The translations under genes and the position numbers were made by a program. The notes beneath the pieces were generated by a model that saw only the letters and a list, made by a program, of their open reading frames with translations, did not search any database and was not told where the DNA came from. Source: Mobula hypostoma (taxonomy: Eukaryota). Taken from it: DNA of 64,000 bases. Every line of letters starts with the position of its first letter. The first letter of the stretch is position 1. The stretch is from NCBI RefSeq assembly GCF_963921235.1, contig NC_086097.1, positions 83,888,001 through 83,952,000 of the forward strand. Direction: 5' to 3'. Below, piece by piece: positions 24,161-36,229 of the stretch.

Positions 24161-24823
24161 TGATATGAGACAATTTTAAGAGAAATATATAAAGATGTAT
24201 GTGAAATATTCCTCTCCCAATAAAATACACAGTGATCTTATAAATATAATACCTTTTGAGGGCAGTTCCTATACAAAAAAGAGACAAGTGTGTATGAATG
24301 TTACATCACAAACAAGAGAAAATCTGCAGATGCTGGAAATCCAAGTAACACACACAAAATGCTGGAGGAGTGCAGCAGGCCAGGCGGCTTCTATGGAAAA
24401 AAGTACAGTTGATGTTTCGGGCCAAATTTTACATCAACTTGTTGTTGCACAGTTGTTTGAGTGAATTTAAGATGAAAGCTTTTCAGATTCTTTTCATGCT
24501 GCAGCAATAAAATCATTCAGTCTAAACTGCTGAGAAATTAAATGATGTAACAGTTTGCACTACACATAAGAAAATCAGTGATTTGTGCTGCAGAGTGGAA
24601 TACAAGTGCGGTTGCTCTGAGTGGAACCACAACCCTCCAGGAGTTCAGTCTTGCAATTGCACTTGTGCAGATTCTGTTTTTTTCCAAGTTGGACTTTCAT
24701 GTAATGATACCATTCCCTTCTTAATACTCCCTGCTGTGGGAAAGTTGATGATTTTGAAGTGTGTTTGTCATTGGCAGCTCCTGGACCAATCACCTTTTAG
24801 TAGTGCACAATTTAAATGGAGCA

Positions 24824-25052
24824 GGGAGGGAGGGATCATCGACTCAGGCCAGACGCCAGCGTCGGGCATTTTCATGCCTTACAAGGCGCAGAACAAAAGA
24901 CTGTGTGGCCCGCCACTCCTCACACAGACATAGAGCAATGTGTGGTTAAGTGCCTTGCTCAAGGACACAAACACGCCACCTCAGCTAAGGCTCGAACTGG
25001 CGACCTTCAGATCACTAGACGAACGCCTTAACCACTTGGCCACATGCCCAAC
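24824..25052 (-). mobile_element. tRNA-derived SINE with CORE-like segment
   Basis: Minus strand: A box TGGCCAAGTGG, B box AGTTCGAGCC, GTCCTTGAGCAAGGCACTTAACC and a (TCCC)n tail. Imperfect TSD ATTTAAAT.G.GCA at 24810 and 25053. Confidence 0.8.
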
Positions 25053-25239
25053 ATTTAAATAGGGCACCTCTGTTTCAACAGTACCCCGCCCAGTGCTGGG
25101 AACTCTTGCTGTAATACTGACCTAGACTATTTCCCTCACCTAAACATTCCTGCATTTCCTCTCAAATCCCTGGAACCCCTGACCAGTATCACTTGCATTA
25201 GTGTTCACCCAGAAGAAGGGCATCGATGATCTGTGTTTA

Positions 25240-26500
25240 TCAGGGTAATATTCTGGGACATGTTGAGGTCAAGAAGGATGTGGTGTTGGGGCTTTTGAAG
25301 AACATTAAGGTGGGTATGTACCCAGGGCCTGATGGGTTTTGCTCTAGTTTATTAAGAGAGGCAAGGGAAGAGATTGTTGGGGCCTTGACACAATCCACTC
25401 CAGCCACAGCCAAGGTCTCAGAGAACGTTGTTCTTTTGTGTAATCCCACAAATTCTAGGCTGATGAGGCTTAGATCAGTTGTAGGGAAGTTAAAGGAGAG
25501 GGTTCTTAGGAATAGGGTTTACTCACATTTGGAAAAAGCTTTTGTTCTTTTGGGGTTTGTGGAGGGCAGGTCATGTCTTATGAATATGATGCAGTTTTTT
25601 TAAGGAGGTGATGGAAGATGACTGTTGAGGGTTGGCAGCATGTGTTGCCTGCATGGATTTCAGTAGAACATTTGATAGTAGGCTGATTCAGAAGATTGGG
25701 ACATATGGGGTCAATGGTGACATGATAGATTGGATTAAAATTGCTTTGACTATTGAAGATGATAATGGTGGAGTAGCCTTTCTCTGACAGGTTGTCTGCG
25801 GCCAGTGGTGTTCTATAGGGATCAATGTTGGAAACTCTTACTTATGACGTATATAAGCAATCTGGAAGAAAATGTAGATGAGCTGATTAGTAAGTTGGCA
25901 GATGAGACAAAATTTTCTGGAGTTATGAACAGTGCAGAAAGTTGTCAAATGACATGGCAGGGTACAGATCAGTTGGAGGTATGGGAAGAGACACATATTG
26001 CACTTTGGATGGTCAAGTGAATGGGGCAAGTTTACAGTAATCAGGACCTTAAGGAGCATTGATGTGCAGAAGGAGCCTGGGGTGCAATTTCATAGCTCCC
26101 GCAAAGTGACAACAGAAGTAGATAGGGTGATAAAGAAGGCATACAACTTGCTTGCCTTCACCAGTTGAGTATAACTCAGGAGCACACAGTAAAGATGCCA
26201 CTAAATTCAGTGGTGCTGGTGATAATGGGAAGAGAGCAGACTTATACCCTAGCACAACGTTAATGGCAGAATTTGATCCGGATAAGCATGTGATGATACA
26301 TTTTGGGGACACTAACCAGACACAATGACACATACACACAGGAAGTACAGAGCAACAGAGGGTCTCTGGCATACCGTACATATCCAATAATTCCTGAAAG
26401 TGGCCTTATGGGAAGATAGATGGTTAAGAAGGCACATGGTCTACTCACCTCATTAGATGTGACATAAAAAATGTGATCAGGGAAGTTATGGTACTCTTCA
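25240..26500 (+). mobile_element. Decayed CR1-like RT fragments
   Basis: Remnants PGPDG..LLREAREEI, GFVEGRSCL and ISKLADETK. Confidence 0.75.
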
Positions 26501-26989
26501 GTCTTAGAGATATATTAAAATGTCAAAATTTAGTGCCTTTCTTCCTCAGTCCAAATGTTATTTCCACCACTCTTTCTGTGCACGATTTGACTTACCACAA
26601 TTTTATCCCATAAACTTCTCTCGTTCTGCTGTTGATCAGTCCTTAAATATTTTTTGTGAAGAAAATACCCTTTACCCCCATCAAGTCCTGAAATCACATA
26701 TTTCTGCCATGATTTTATTATCAGTAAGGCACATTGAGGAAGTTAAACTGCAAAGAAAATTAAAGGGAAGTGGGCAAAACTAAGTCTAACTACAGGTGTA
26801 CACCACAAGATGACATCTTCTATCAAGATCCAGTGTTAAAGACATTAACATAAACTCTGAACTTTGCTTTCAGCTTTATGTCTCAGATCTTTGCGTTTGG
26901 CCAATTCACCTTAAATTTATTGCACTAGTAATCTTATTGAAAGAAGCCATAGCTGTACAAAGAGTGTTACAGAACAGTGCAAGCAAGTA

Positions 26990-28470
26990 GCTCCTGAAAG
27001 TAGTCACACAGCTAGGTAGACAGGGTGGTTAAGGAGGCATTTGGCACACTTGACTTCATCCATCAGGGCACTGAGTGCAGGGGTGAGGTGTCACGTTACA
27101 GCTATAGAAATCACTGGTGAGACCACATTTGGAGTACAATGTGCAGTTCTGGCCGCACAACAATAGGAAAGGTGTCATTAAGTTGGAAAGAATACAAGAA
27201 AAGATTCACAAAGATGTTACCGGGACTGGAGGGATGAAGTCAGAAGGAGAGAGTGAATAGTCATGAGATATATTTTCATGACACATAGGAGCCGTGACCC
27301 TAGAGAGGTCTATGAAATCAGGAGGTACGGTATATAGATAAGATGAATGGTCACAGACTTCTCCCTTTTATAAGGGAGTTTACAATTAGAGGGCATAGAC
27401 TTAAGATGAGAGGGTTCAAAGGAGACCAGAGAAGCAACTTTTTCACATAGAGGGTGGTTGGGACATGGAATGAACTGCCAGAGAAAGTGATGGCGGCAAG
27501 TACAATTATGCTATTTGAAAGTCATTTAGACAGGTATATGAATGGGAAAGGATTAGAGGGATAATGGTTCAATTTAATATCAGAGAATGTGTACAGTATA
27601 CAAACTGAAATTTTAGTCTTTGCAGATATCCACAAAACAGAAAAAACCCAGAGAATGAATGATAAAGAAACAACAGAACCCCAAAGCCCCCCTCCCCCTC
27701 CAAGCAGCAGCAGATGCATTGACCCTCCCCCTCCCTCTCCCCCTCCCCATCCCTCATTTGCACCAGCAAAAGTATTGAGTCACCCCCCCCCCAACCCCCA
27801 ACATGCAAGCAATGGCAAAAGCCCTCAAAGAGACTTTGATTTCGAGTCCATCAAAACTATAGACCATCCTACCACCTCAGTATCTGAGACAGGCTCTCGC
27901 TCACTAGCGAGGAAGAAAGAGAGAATGGGAGACAAGCAGCTCGCTGTTTCGATGCTACTATCTTCTCCATCTTTCCTCCGAGCCCCACGACTTGAGGACC
28001 AACAGGCTGCCGCTCACCATCAAAAAGAGAGGGGGGTGGGTTGCTTGAGTACAGGGTCTCCTTCCGACAGCAGCGTACGCCACCTGCTACCTCAAAGTTC
28101 CAGTCTCCCACGACGTTTCAGTCGACGAAATCGGCAAGGAACCGGATCGTCCACAGGCCGCACCTGGAGATATCAAAACGCCAGGCGGCACGGCGAATCC
28201 AAGAACCCATTGCTCACGGAGAACCGTAGTTTGTGTAGCTGTAAATCACGGACTCCGGCCGGTCTCCAGCCACTCTGAAAAGAAAAGAAAGACATGAGAA
28301 AAGAAGAGTACGCTGTTTCACAGATGCACTGGAAGAAGTCACCTGAGTCTAAAAAAACCTCTGGCACCAAGGGTCAAAACCAAGCAAATGGGATGAACTC
28401 TGGTGGACAATGTGGTCAACATGGTCAAGTTGGGCTAGTGAGCCTGTTTCCTTGCTTTACCATTCTGTGA
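26990..28470 (+). mobile_element. CR1-like 3' end split by an ~800-bp insertion
   Basis: LVRPHLEYNVQFW and RVVGTWNELP motifs. The CR1 3'UTR resumes at ~28372. Confidence 0.7.
27566..28371 (-). mobile_element. Non-autonomous LINE-derived element (GC-rich 5' part and LINE-type tail, no RT)
   Basis: Interrupts a CR1 3' end; ATTAAA and a TTGAACC-type tail on the minus strand. Confidence 0.5.
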
Positions 28471-29178
28471 CTCCGATTCCACAGTCCCCAATGTAGTTTC
28501 AAAGTGTAGCCTTCGCTTTGATACATAAAGACCAATAGTTAAGTGGAGCAAAGCAATTTGCCACAATTGACAACATGGCAATAGCCAGATCATCTATTTT
28601 ACAGTCATGGTGACTAAAGGGTAAATATAAACCAGGGATTTGGGGAATAATTCCCTTTATTACAAATTAATTAGAAATATAAATATGATGAGCATCTCTC
28701 ATTCATCTAGAGTCTACAGGACCTAGGGAGACAATTGCAGAAAAACTTTGAAGACCGCATCAGAAAAGTCACATTCCATTTATTCTGATATTATGAGATG
28801 CTCTTCATTCATCATTTACTTGTTAAATGGTCGAAAAAAAAATCATTCATATTGTATGTCATCCCTATGGAACATGGAACAGTACAGGCCCTTCACAAAG
28901 TTGTGCTGATCTTTTAACCTACTCCAAGATCAATCTAACCCTTCCCTCCCGCATATCCCTCCATTTTTCTTTCATCTATGTGCCTAAGAGCCTCTTGTGT
29001 GTCCCTAATGTATCTGCCTCTATCACCACCCCTGACAGTGCGTTCCATGCACTTCACATTCAAAACTATCTCTGACAACACCCTATTAAACTATGCCCTC
29101 TCATATTAACTATTGCCACCCTGGAGGTAAAAAAAAGTGCTGGCTGTTCACTGTATCTATGCCTCTTATCATCTTATG

Positions 29179-29323
29179 TACGAGGGGTGATTGATAAGTT
29201 TGTGGCCTAAGGTAGAAGGAGATGAGCTATACAGCTCTCGTTACATGCACATGCAGTTCAAGTCTTTGAGTGATTCATCAGGGGTGATTGATAAGTTCGT
29301 GGCCTAAGGTAGAAGGAGATGAG
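29179..29323 (+). mobile_element. Mariner-like terminal fragment with a 44-bp direct duplication
   Basis: Starts TA-CGAGGGGTGATTGATAAG, resembling mariner TIRs. Copies at 29183-29226 and 29280-29323. Confidence 0.5.
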
Positions 29324-29339
29324 CATGAGTTTCTTGGTC

Positions 29340-31061
29340 TCTATCTGGCTGTCGCCATTTAAATTTTCTTCTAGAAGGTCACCATTCCACTGCGTTCATT
29401 GACCTCAAACCCCAAAACATCAGACCCTTGGTCTGCACAGCAGCTGTGCCACCTGGCCTACATATCTGAGTTCACACAGATGTACAATATATCAAGGGGA
29501 AAAATAATGCTGTGGCTGATTGCCTCTCACGGCCAGCCATTGCGGCCGTACACATAGGGGTTGATTATGCTGACATCCAGCTGATCAAGTTACTGACCCA
29601 GAGGTCCGGGCTTATCAAACAGCAGTCAATGGGCCTGTGGTTGGCTGACATCAAGTTTAAGGAAGCTGGGGTTTCTCTCCTGTGCTATATCTCAACTGGT
29701 CGCCCTCGGCCATTGTGCCTGCAAACTGGAGACAGACTGCATTCATGGCCTCCCACATCCAGGCCGGAAGGCCTTACAGAAAGTGGTTGCACTGAAGTTT
29801 GTTTGGCAAGGCCTCAGAAAGGATGTGTGTGATTGGACTGCAGCCTGTGTGGAGTGCCAGAGGGCAAAAATTAACTGTCATGTTCAGGTGCCATTGCACC
29901 TTTTGAGGTCCCTGAGACCTTGTCGGTCCTCTTCCCCCCTCCCACTGTTTCACACCCCTTCTTGGACCATACCACCAGGTGGCCAGAGGTCATCCCTCTA
30001 GCATCAACGATGGCCGCAGACGTGGCTCATCAGCACCTGGGTTGCTTGGTTTGGCACCCCATCTGATATTTCCTCTTACCGTGGCCTCCAATTCACCTCA
30101 GATCCCTGGGCCGCGATGGCCCAGAACCTCGACATTAGGATACATCATCCACTGTCCAGTGTCCTATGTGAACAGATTCACAGCTCCTTAAAGGCTGCTC
30201 TGAGGGCTTCCCTGACCGATGAGCATTGGCAGGATCATCTCCCATGGGTCCTGCAGCGGTTCAGACTGGCTGGAAAGGAGGATCTGCGGTTGTCCATGGC
30301 TGACTTGGTATACAGGCAGCCATTGCTAATGCCAAGTGATTTCATTCTTGATGTCACAACTGTCTGGTTGGCCTCTCAATAATGTTCCACCCTCCTCAGT
30401 AAATTCAATTCCTTTTCACCTGTTCCTACCTCCCATCATGGCGTACAGCACTCTTGGGTACCTGTTGACCTACATTCCGCCTCGTTTGGTTTTGTCCGCC
30501 ATGATGCACACCAACATCCCCTTAGGTCCCCTTACAATGGCCTGTTCCACATTTTAGAACGGGGAGAAAGGACTTCTATTATAAATCAGGGGGGCAAACC
30601 TGAACATATTTCAGTAGATCACCTTAAACTGGCCCACCAAGATTTGGTGCATTCAGCTGCCAAGCCGCTGGCATCATAACGTGACCATGAGCATGTCAAA
30701 ATACCTCTGGACAAGCCAGAGGCACCTGCAGTTGCTCCACCCATGGAACATGGGACATGGGACTCGAGCCGGGCAGCTTGTCCAAACTCCAGGCAGGTTC
30801 ACAATGCCGGTTTTAGTGAATTCTGCAGGCCGGCGGGGGATGCTCTGTAAGGTAACGTAATTGTGAGGAATGTATGTACTTCACAACCACCGACACTGAG
30901 TTGGGGTTTTGCTTTAAGAGGCTGGTCTGACGTCATGACATTATTACATAAAAGGTTTTTAGCGTGCTTTTGGTGTGTAGGTTTTGGGAGTTCAATAAAA
31001 TGTGTTATGAGTTTTGTTTAACATAAAACGCCTTGCTTCGTTTTATTTGCAGAAACCTACA
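29340..31061 (+). mobile_element. Gypsy LTR retrotransposon 3' part (RNase H end, integrase, PPT, 3' LTR)
   Basis: ADCLSR, Zn-finger KFVWQGLRKDV.DW..ACVECQR and WQDHLPWVL motifs. G-rich tract at ~30833-30840. LTR TGT...ACA at 30846-31061 with AATAAA. Confidence 0.8.
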
Positions 31062-31074
31062 AACTCATCTCAGA

Positions 31075-32375
31075 ATGAAACATCACAACCATTCATGATG
31101 TGAAGTAATGGCCTGCAAAGCTTGCCGGAGATAACATGCATCTGATTCCATCTCTAACCTCAATTGGAATTGTTTTTTTTGCCCTTAAGTTGGGCTCCTG
31201 TAGGTTGTGCCTGGACTTACTGTATAGCTTTGGATCGCTGGTCTTGAATGCCACAGGTCTTCCCCTCTAGACCATGAATTTTCTGGTTCATCTAATGCTT
31301 TTGGTTGGATATGTCTGGTATGTTCTTGAAGGCACACATTCATCCATACAGGAGTTGATAAAGTTGGTGAAAACTGTAGCATGTTCATTCAGACTCAAAG
31401 CTGAATCCCCAAGTATTGTCCAGTCCACCAAATCAAAGCAGTCCTGAAAGCACTCATTCACCTCCCTGGACCATACCTTCTTGGTTCTTACCACTGGTGC
31501 TGTGGTTGTTAGTCTCTGCCTATATGCTGGGAGTTGAAGTACAGCCAGGTGATCGGACGTTCTTTCCAAAGTGTGGCCCTGGATGGCACGGTAAGCGTTT
31601 TTGATGGTAGTATAACGGTGGGCACGGCTGCTGGCTTCTCTGGTTCCACAGGTGATGTGTTGGTGGTAGTTGTTCAGAGACTTCTTCAAGCTGGCTGGGT
31701 TGAAATCCCCCACAATGATAGGGGAAGCATCACAGTGTGCAGTTTCATAGCTATTTATCATAGTGCTAATCTCCTCCAGTGCCTGCCTGCTATTGGCCTG
31801 AGGTGGAATGTACACCACTACCAGAATAACGGCTGAGCAGATAAAATGGACAACATTTGACCACTAGATGTCCCAGGTCGGGTGAGCAGGTCAGAGACAT
31901 GACTGCCATGTTCTTGCACCATGATGAGTTTACCATAAAGCATACTCCACCTCTTCTTCCTTTAAAAGATTCAGCAGTCCTGTCTTTGCAGAGAATGGTG
32001 AAGCTGTCAAGCTGCAGCACTGCATCCAAAATGACGGGGGATAACCATGTTTCCGTGAAGTGAAGTACACAACAGTCCCTGATGTCTCTCTGGTACTGCA
32101 ATCTTGCTCTGAGGATTTCATTCTTATTTTCCAAAGATTGTACATTCACCAGCAGGATCATCGGGAGTGGAAGTCTAGCCAGTGCTTTTCAATCAAAGTT
32201 GTTGACTTTCGTTTTCTTAAAAGGAATTGCGCTCGCAACTTGGGCCTGCGTCCGGGGTCCATCGATTTTGTGGATTGATAGAATTTTTAAACATCTTAAA
32301 ATGATGCTTCTTACTAAAGTCCTCATGGCTGTGACTGTGGATTTCAGCTGCTGTAGTCCTAAGCAGGAATATTAG
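31075..32375 (-). mobile_element. Rex1/Babar-like LINE 5' part (APE endonuclease)
   Basis: NVQSLENK, FTETWL, GGVCFMVN, VYIPP, GDFN and SDHLAV motifs. Confidence 0.85.
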
Positions 32376-33447
32376 ATTATTAAATTTGATGTTTAAGTAG
32401 ACAAGACCTCAAAAAAATGGCCTAATTCTGCTCCTATGTCTTATGGTCTTTTGATGTAAAACAGTTTGATTAATGGGACTGGATGTTACAATCCCTAAAG
32501 TTTCTAATGTACACAAATAGGAAACATGTAGATGGGCAGAAAGGTCAGCCTGGATGTGATGGGCCTGTTAGTAATTATTATGGAAGCAGATATTAAGTAA
32601 AATGAGAACCAGTTTTCAAGAAATGACCTGTTTACAATTTATCTTCAACTGATATTCTGATCATCAATACACAGATGTGGTCACTCACTTTATCACTGAA
32701 TTCAGAGCGATTTTGACTAGTCCATGCGAGGTCTGCCTTCCAGCCAGCATGAGGAAATGTGTACCAATTGCTGATCCCCCACTTGGCCTCTTGCAGGTCT
32801 TTGGAATCAGAACCTTTAACATTTACTCTCTTGCTGATGTGTAGCCTCATCCCAATTTAATCTTGACTTGGGTGACTAAACTTCATGTTGAGCTCTATAG
32901 GAACAATCAAACTGAAACAATTGTAAGTAACTGAGTCGCAAACTAACAACTGGCTTTTTTTTGCTGTGACTTATGATGTTATTCAAATACAGGACTGGAT
33001 TTGTCATACAGTATGTTTTTCATCGTTTTACTGATTTAAGAGTCTCAAGTTACTCCACCAGGTCAGGGGAAGTATTCATTTCCGAAACCTGACTTTTAGC
33101 TGAAGTAGGCAAGAATAATTTACCTTCTTTATCAATTTTTTCTTCTCGCCTGGTTAATATCAATCACTTGAAAAAGAGTTTCTGATAGCACTTAGAATAA
33201 TGTGGAAGATGGCCAGTTGAACAGAGAAATGGTTAGACACCAGGAAATCTGATTTAGTCTGGGCATCATGTCAGTTAGATATATTAGTTATTAAGACCAA
33301 AATTGGAATTTAAAAGGTTTCAATATTACTTTTTTCTGTTCTTCTTAACTATTTTGTATTTAAAATGAATACATTTCATGCAGGGTATAAAGTGCCTCTA
33401 ATTTAGAAATGCATTGTGGCTGGGTATTGGACTGGGTACAATTCATC

Positions 33448-33612
33448 TTACAAACAAGAGAAAATCTGCAGATGCTGGTACTCAAAGTAATACACACAAA
33501 ATGATTGGAGGAACTCTGCAGTCCTGATGAAGGGTCTCGGCCCGAAACGTAACCTGTTTGTTCTTTTCCACAGATGCTGCCTGTCTTGCTGAACTCCCCC
33601 AGCATTTTGTGA
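33448..33612. mobile_element. Inverted Penelope-like terminal-repeat unit
   Basis: CACAAAATGATTGGAGGAACTC on the left pairs with GAACTCCCCCAGCATTTTGTG on the right; hammerhead core in the middle. Confidence 0.6.
33519..33556 (+). ncRNA. Minimal hammerhead ribozyme-like motif
   Basis: CAGTC-CTGATGA-A-GGGT(CTCG)GCCC-GAAAC-GTA-ACCTG. Core boxes and stem II are intact; stem I is imperfect. Confidence 0.6.
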
Positions 33613-34247
33613 CAATTCAGCTTAGTCCTCATTTGCGCATTTAATGACGTCATCAATGTGCATGGTGTTCAATACTTCTTTTTCCAGCAAACATTAGAGC
33701 AAAAAGTTGCAATCTTTGACCTTCGTTTTTTTTTCTCTGTCCTAGCAGCAAACTGTGCAGCAGGTCAGGATCTGCAGGGGAATTAGTCGATCCCTGCGAG
33801 GACTTTTTTTTTGTAAGTTCTAACTCTGCCACACTGATTTTCATTTGTTGATCTTGTCACCGCAGTCCGTGTTTACTCTGATCTCTGCAATACTGCACTG
33901 TGTGCAGATCAGGATGCTGCAATGTCAATGCCCTTGATAACACTACTGCTTGCAGCAGCTTGAGCCAAATCTGCACAAGGCTGAAGCAGTTCTCACAGAC
34001 AATGCTCTCAGACAACACACACACACACACTTTCCCCCTCCAAAGTTTCCTACAGCCCTCTGTTTTCCCTTGTCTCCATGACAGCTCACGTGACTCCCAC
34101 TGAAAAAGCAGTGTAACTGAGACGACCTGCTTCTCATTGGCGTGGCCATGAATTCATTCTATAAACACACAGCTCGCACTCTGCCACTTCTAAACAGAAG
34201 AGAACCACAATAACAATTTCTTTAAAAGAGGCTGTCCTAATTTTCCA

Positions 34248-34370
34248 AACAACAGGAATTCTGCAGATGCTGGAAATTCAAGCAACATACATCAAAGTTG
34301 CTGGTGAACGCAGCAGGCCAGGCAGCATTATGCTGCCTGGCCTGCTGCGTTCACCAGCAACTTTGATGTA
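34248..34370. mobile_element. Penelope-derived fold-back insertion with 15-bp TSD
   Basis: TSD TGTCCTAATTTTCCA at 34233-34247 and 34371-34385. Perfect 44-bp inverted repeat at 34285-34328 and 34330-34373. Confidence 0.85.
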
Positions 34371-35974
34371 TGTCCTAATTTTCCAGTTCTCTTTTGGTGA
34401 CATCCCCTCCCAGAACAGGTCTATTCAATCAAATTAGGGTGAAATCCTTTCTCATCATTCCCATCCATGTGCATCATGACAGGTTAGTAATCTTCATTAA
34501 TGAACTGGGTAATGATCATCAATGGGTCAGGAAGCGAACATCATTGTTCATCTACAAGTCCACTGTTGCAGAATGGCAAACTACCCCCACTGACGTTGGC
34601 ACAAATATGTATTTTACCTTAAACCATTTGAGAGTGAACAGAAGGAAGATGCCAATTTACATTTATTTTGTTTGTTCAATCCTTTAACAGAGAAGAAAAG
34701 TTGTGCCTTTTTGCTGTGCTTTAACATCTGTCCCAGCTGAAATAAATTAACTAATTTTTTTTGGAAAAAATACTAGGAAGACATGGTGCATTACAACAAA
34801 CTCATCATGGTTTCTAATAGTTTCCAAATCCCAGCCATTTATTTTCTACTTGGCTTAGAAGACTCAAAACACTGTTCCTTCTTCAACTGTAAAAATCATA
34901 TTTGCGGTGTATTTATAGTGGTGAGCCATGACAGACATCTGAAATTATATGAGATCAGTGTAGTGGTACCTCAATCTCAAGACCGTTGTTAGGAATATCC
35001 AAATTGCAAACACTAGTGAGTTAACATGAAATGTTAAATCCAGACTTTATGATAAACTTGCAGGAAATTTCAGTAGCAAGGATAGACAAAATGATTCAAA
35101 ATTTGTATTTTGGGGAATACTTCTGCCCCAGCCTAATTGTCTTTTCATAATCTTTTGTCTCTTTCTTCTATAGGTTTTGTCTACAGACTTAGATAGTTGT
35201 CATTTAAGTGTATATTTCTTTTTTTTTAATTTTTAATAGTCAATATGTTCCTCTTGTGGCATCAAAGAGCAATTGACATCTTCTCTTTAGCACCTGCCTG
35301 AATGATCCCCACTGGTAGAGTTTTTTAATCTCCAAGAATATTGGCCAAGGGTATTTCAAAGTGCACATTTCAAAATGTATGTTACACTGTTTTTAATACA
35401 TCATCTTTAGATTATGAAGACACGTAGTCCTCTTTTATTATTATTTAGTAATGCATGCATTAAGAAATGATACTTTATTTCCTCCGGTGTGATATCACAA
35501 AACATTAAACTTTAAAAGATTAAGTTGTCCAACATTCATAACTTATTTGGAACTATTTATAAACAGAACCACTCCGCATATTAGACAACATCAGTGGCAA
35601 GATCAGTCCAGAAGTTGAGAAGATAGATCTCTTTGGTTTCCAGTCTCAGGAATATTTTGTTCATGTTAATATTTTACAATTAATTTAATCTGTCTCCGTG
35701 CTTTTGTACTCTGAACACTGAGGGGTTGCGTCCTTTGTTGGGTGGCTCTATTGGTTAAAAAAAATAAACAAAATCCTTAGAAAAAAGTGACATAGGGTCA
35801 GAAACGTAGAATCCTTGTGGGTAGAGTTAAGAAACTGCAAACGTAAAATGACCCTGATGGGAATTATATACAGGCCTCCCAAAAGAATCAGAATCGGATT
35901 TAATATTACCGGCATGTCATGAAATTTGTTAACTTTACGGCAACAGTACAATGAAATACATGATAAATAAATAT

Positions 35975-36215
35975 AAGACCATAAGACCATAAGATTTAGG
36001 AACAGAATTAGGCCATTCAGCCTATCACACCACCATTTCATCATGGCTGATCCCAGATCCCATTCAAGCCCATACACTGCCCTCTCACCATATCTCTTGA
36101 TGCCCCGACCAATCAGTAATCTGTCAACTTCCACTTTGAATATACCCGCGGAATTGGCCTCCACCACAGTCTGTGGCAGAGCATTCCACAGATTCACCAC
36201 TCTTTGGCTAGAAAA
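35975..36215 (-). mobile_element. CR1 3' end with (TCTTATGG)n tail
   Basis: VVNLWNALPQ..FKVEVDR motif and octamer tail. Confidence 0.8.
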
Positions 36216-36229
36216 AAAACAGAGTTACT

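Noticed and set aside
27589..28278. 229-aa proline/serine-rich ORF
   Set aside because: It lies antisense within a repeat insertion, is low-complexity, and has no recognisable domain or splice context.
29183..29323. Repeat-spacer-repeat pattern resembling CRISPR
   Set aside because: Only two units, eukaryotic context and no cas genes. It is better explained as a transposon end.
32632..32930. Possible exon of another gene (GTGAGT donor on the minus strand; TTGCAG/GTAAGT pair on the plus strand)
   Set aside because: The translations match nothing I recognise and no partner exons are evident.
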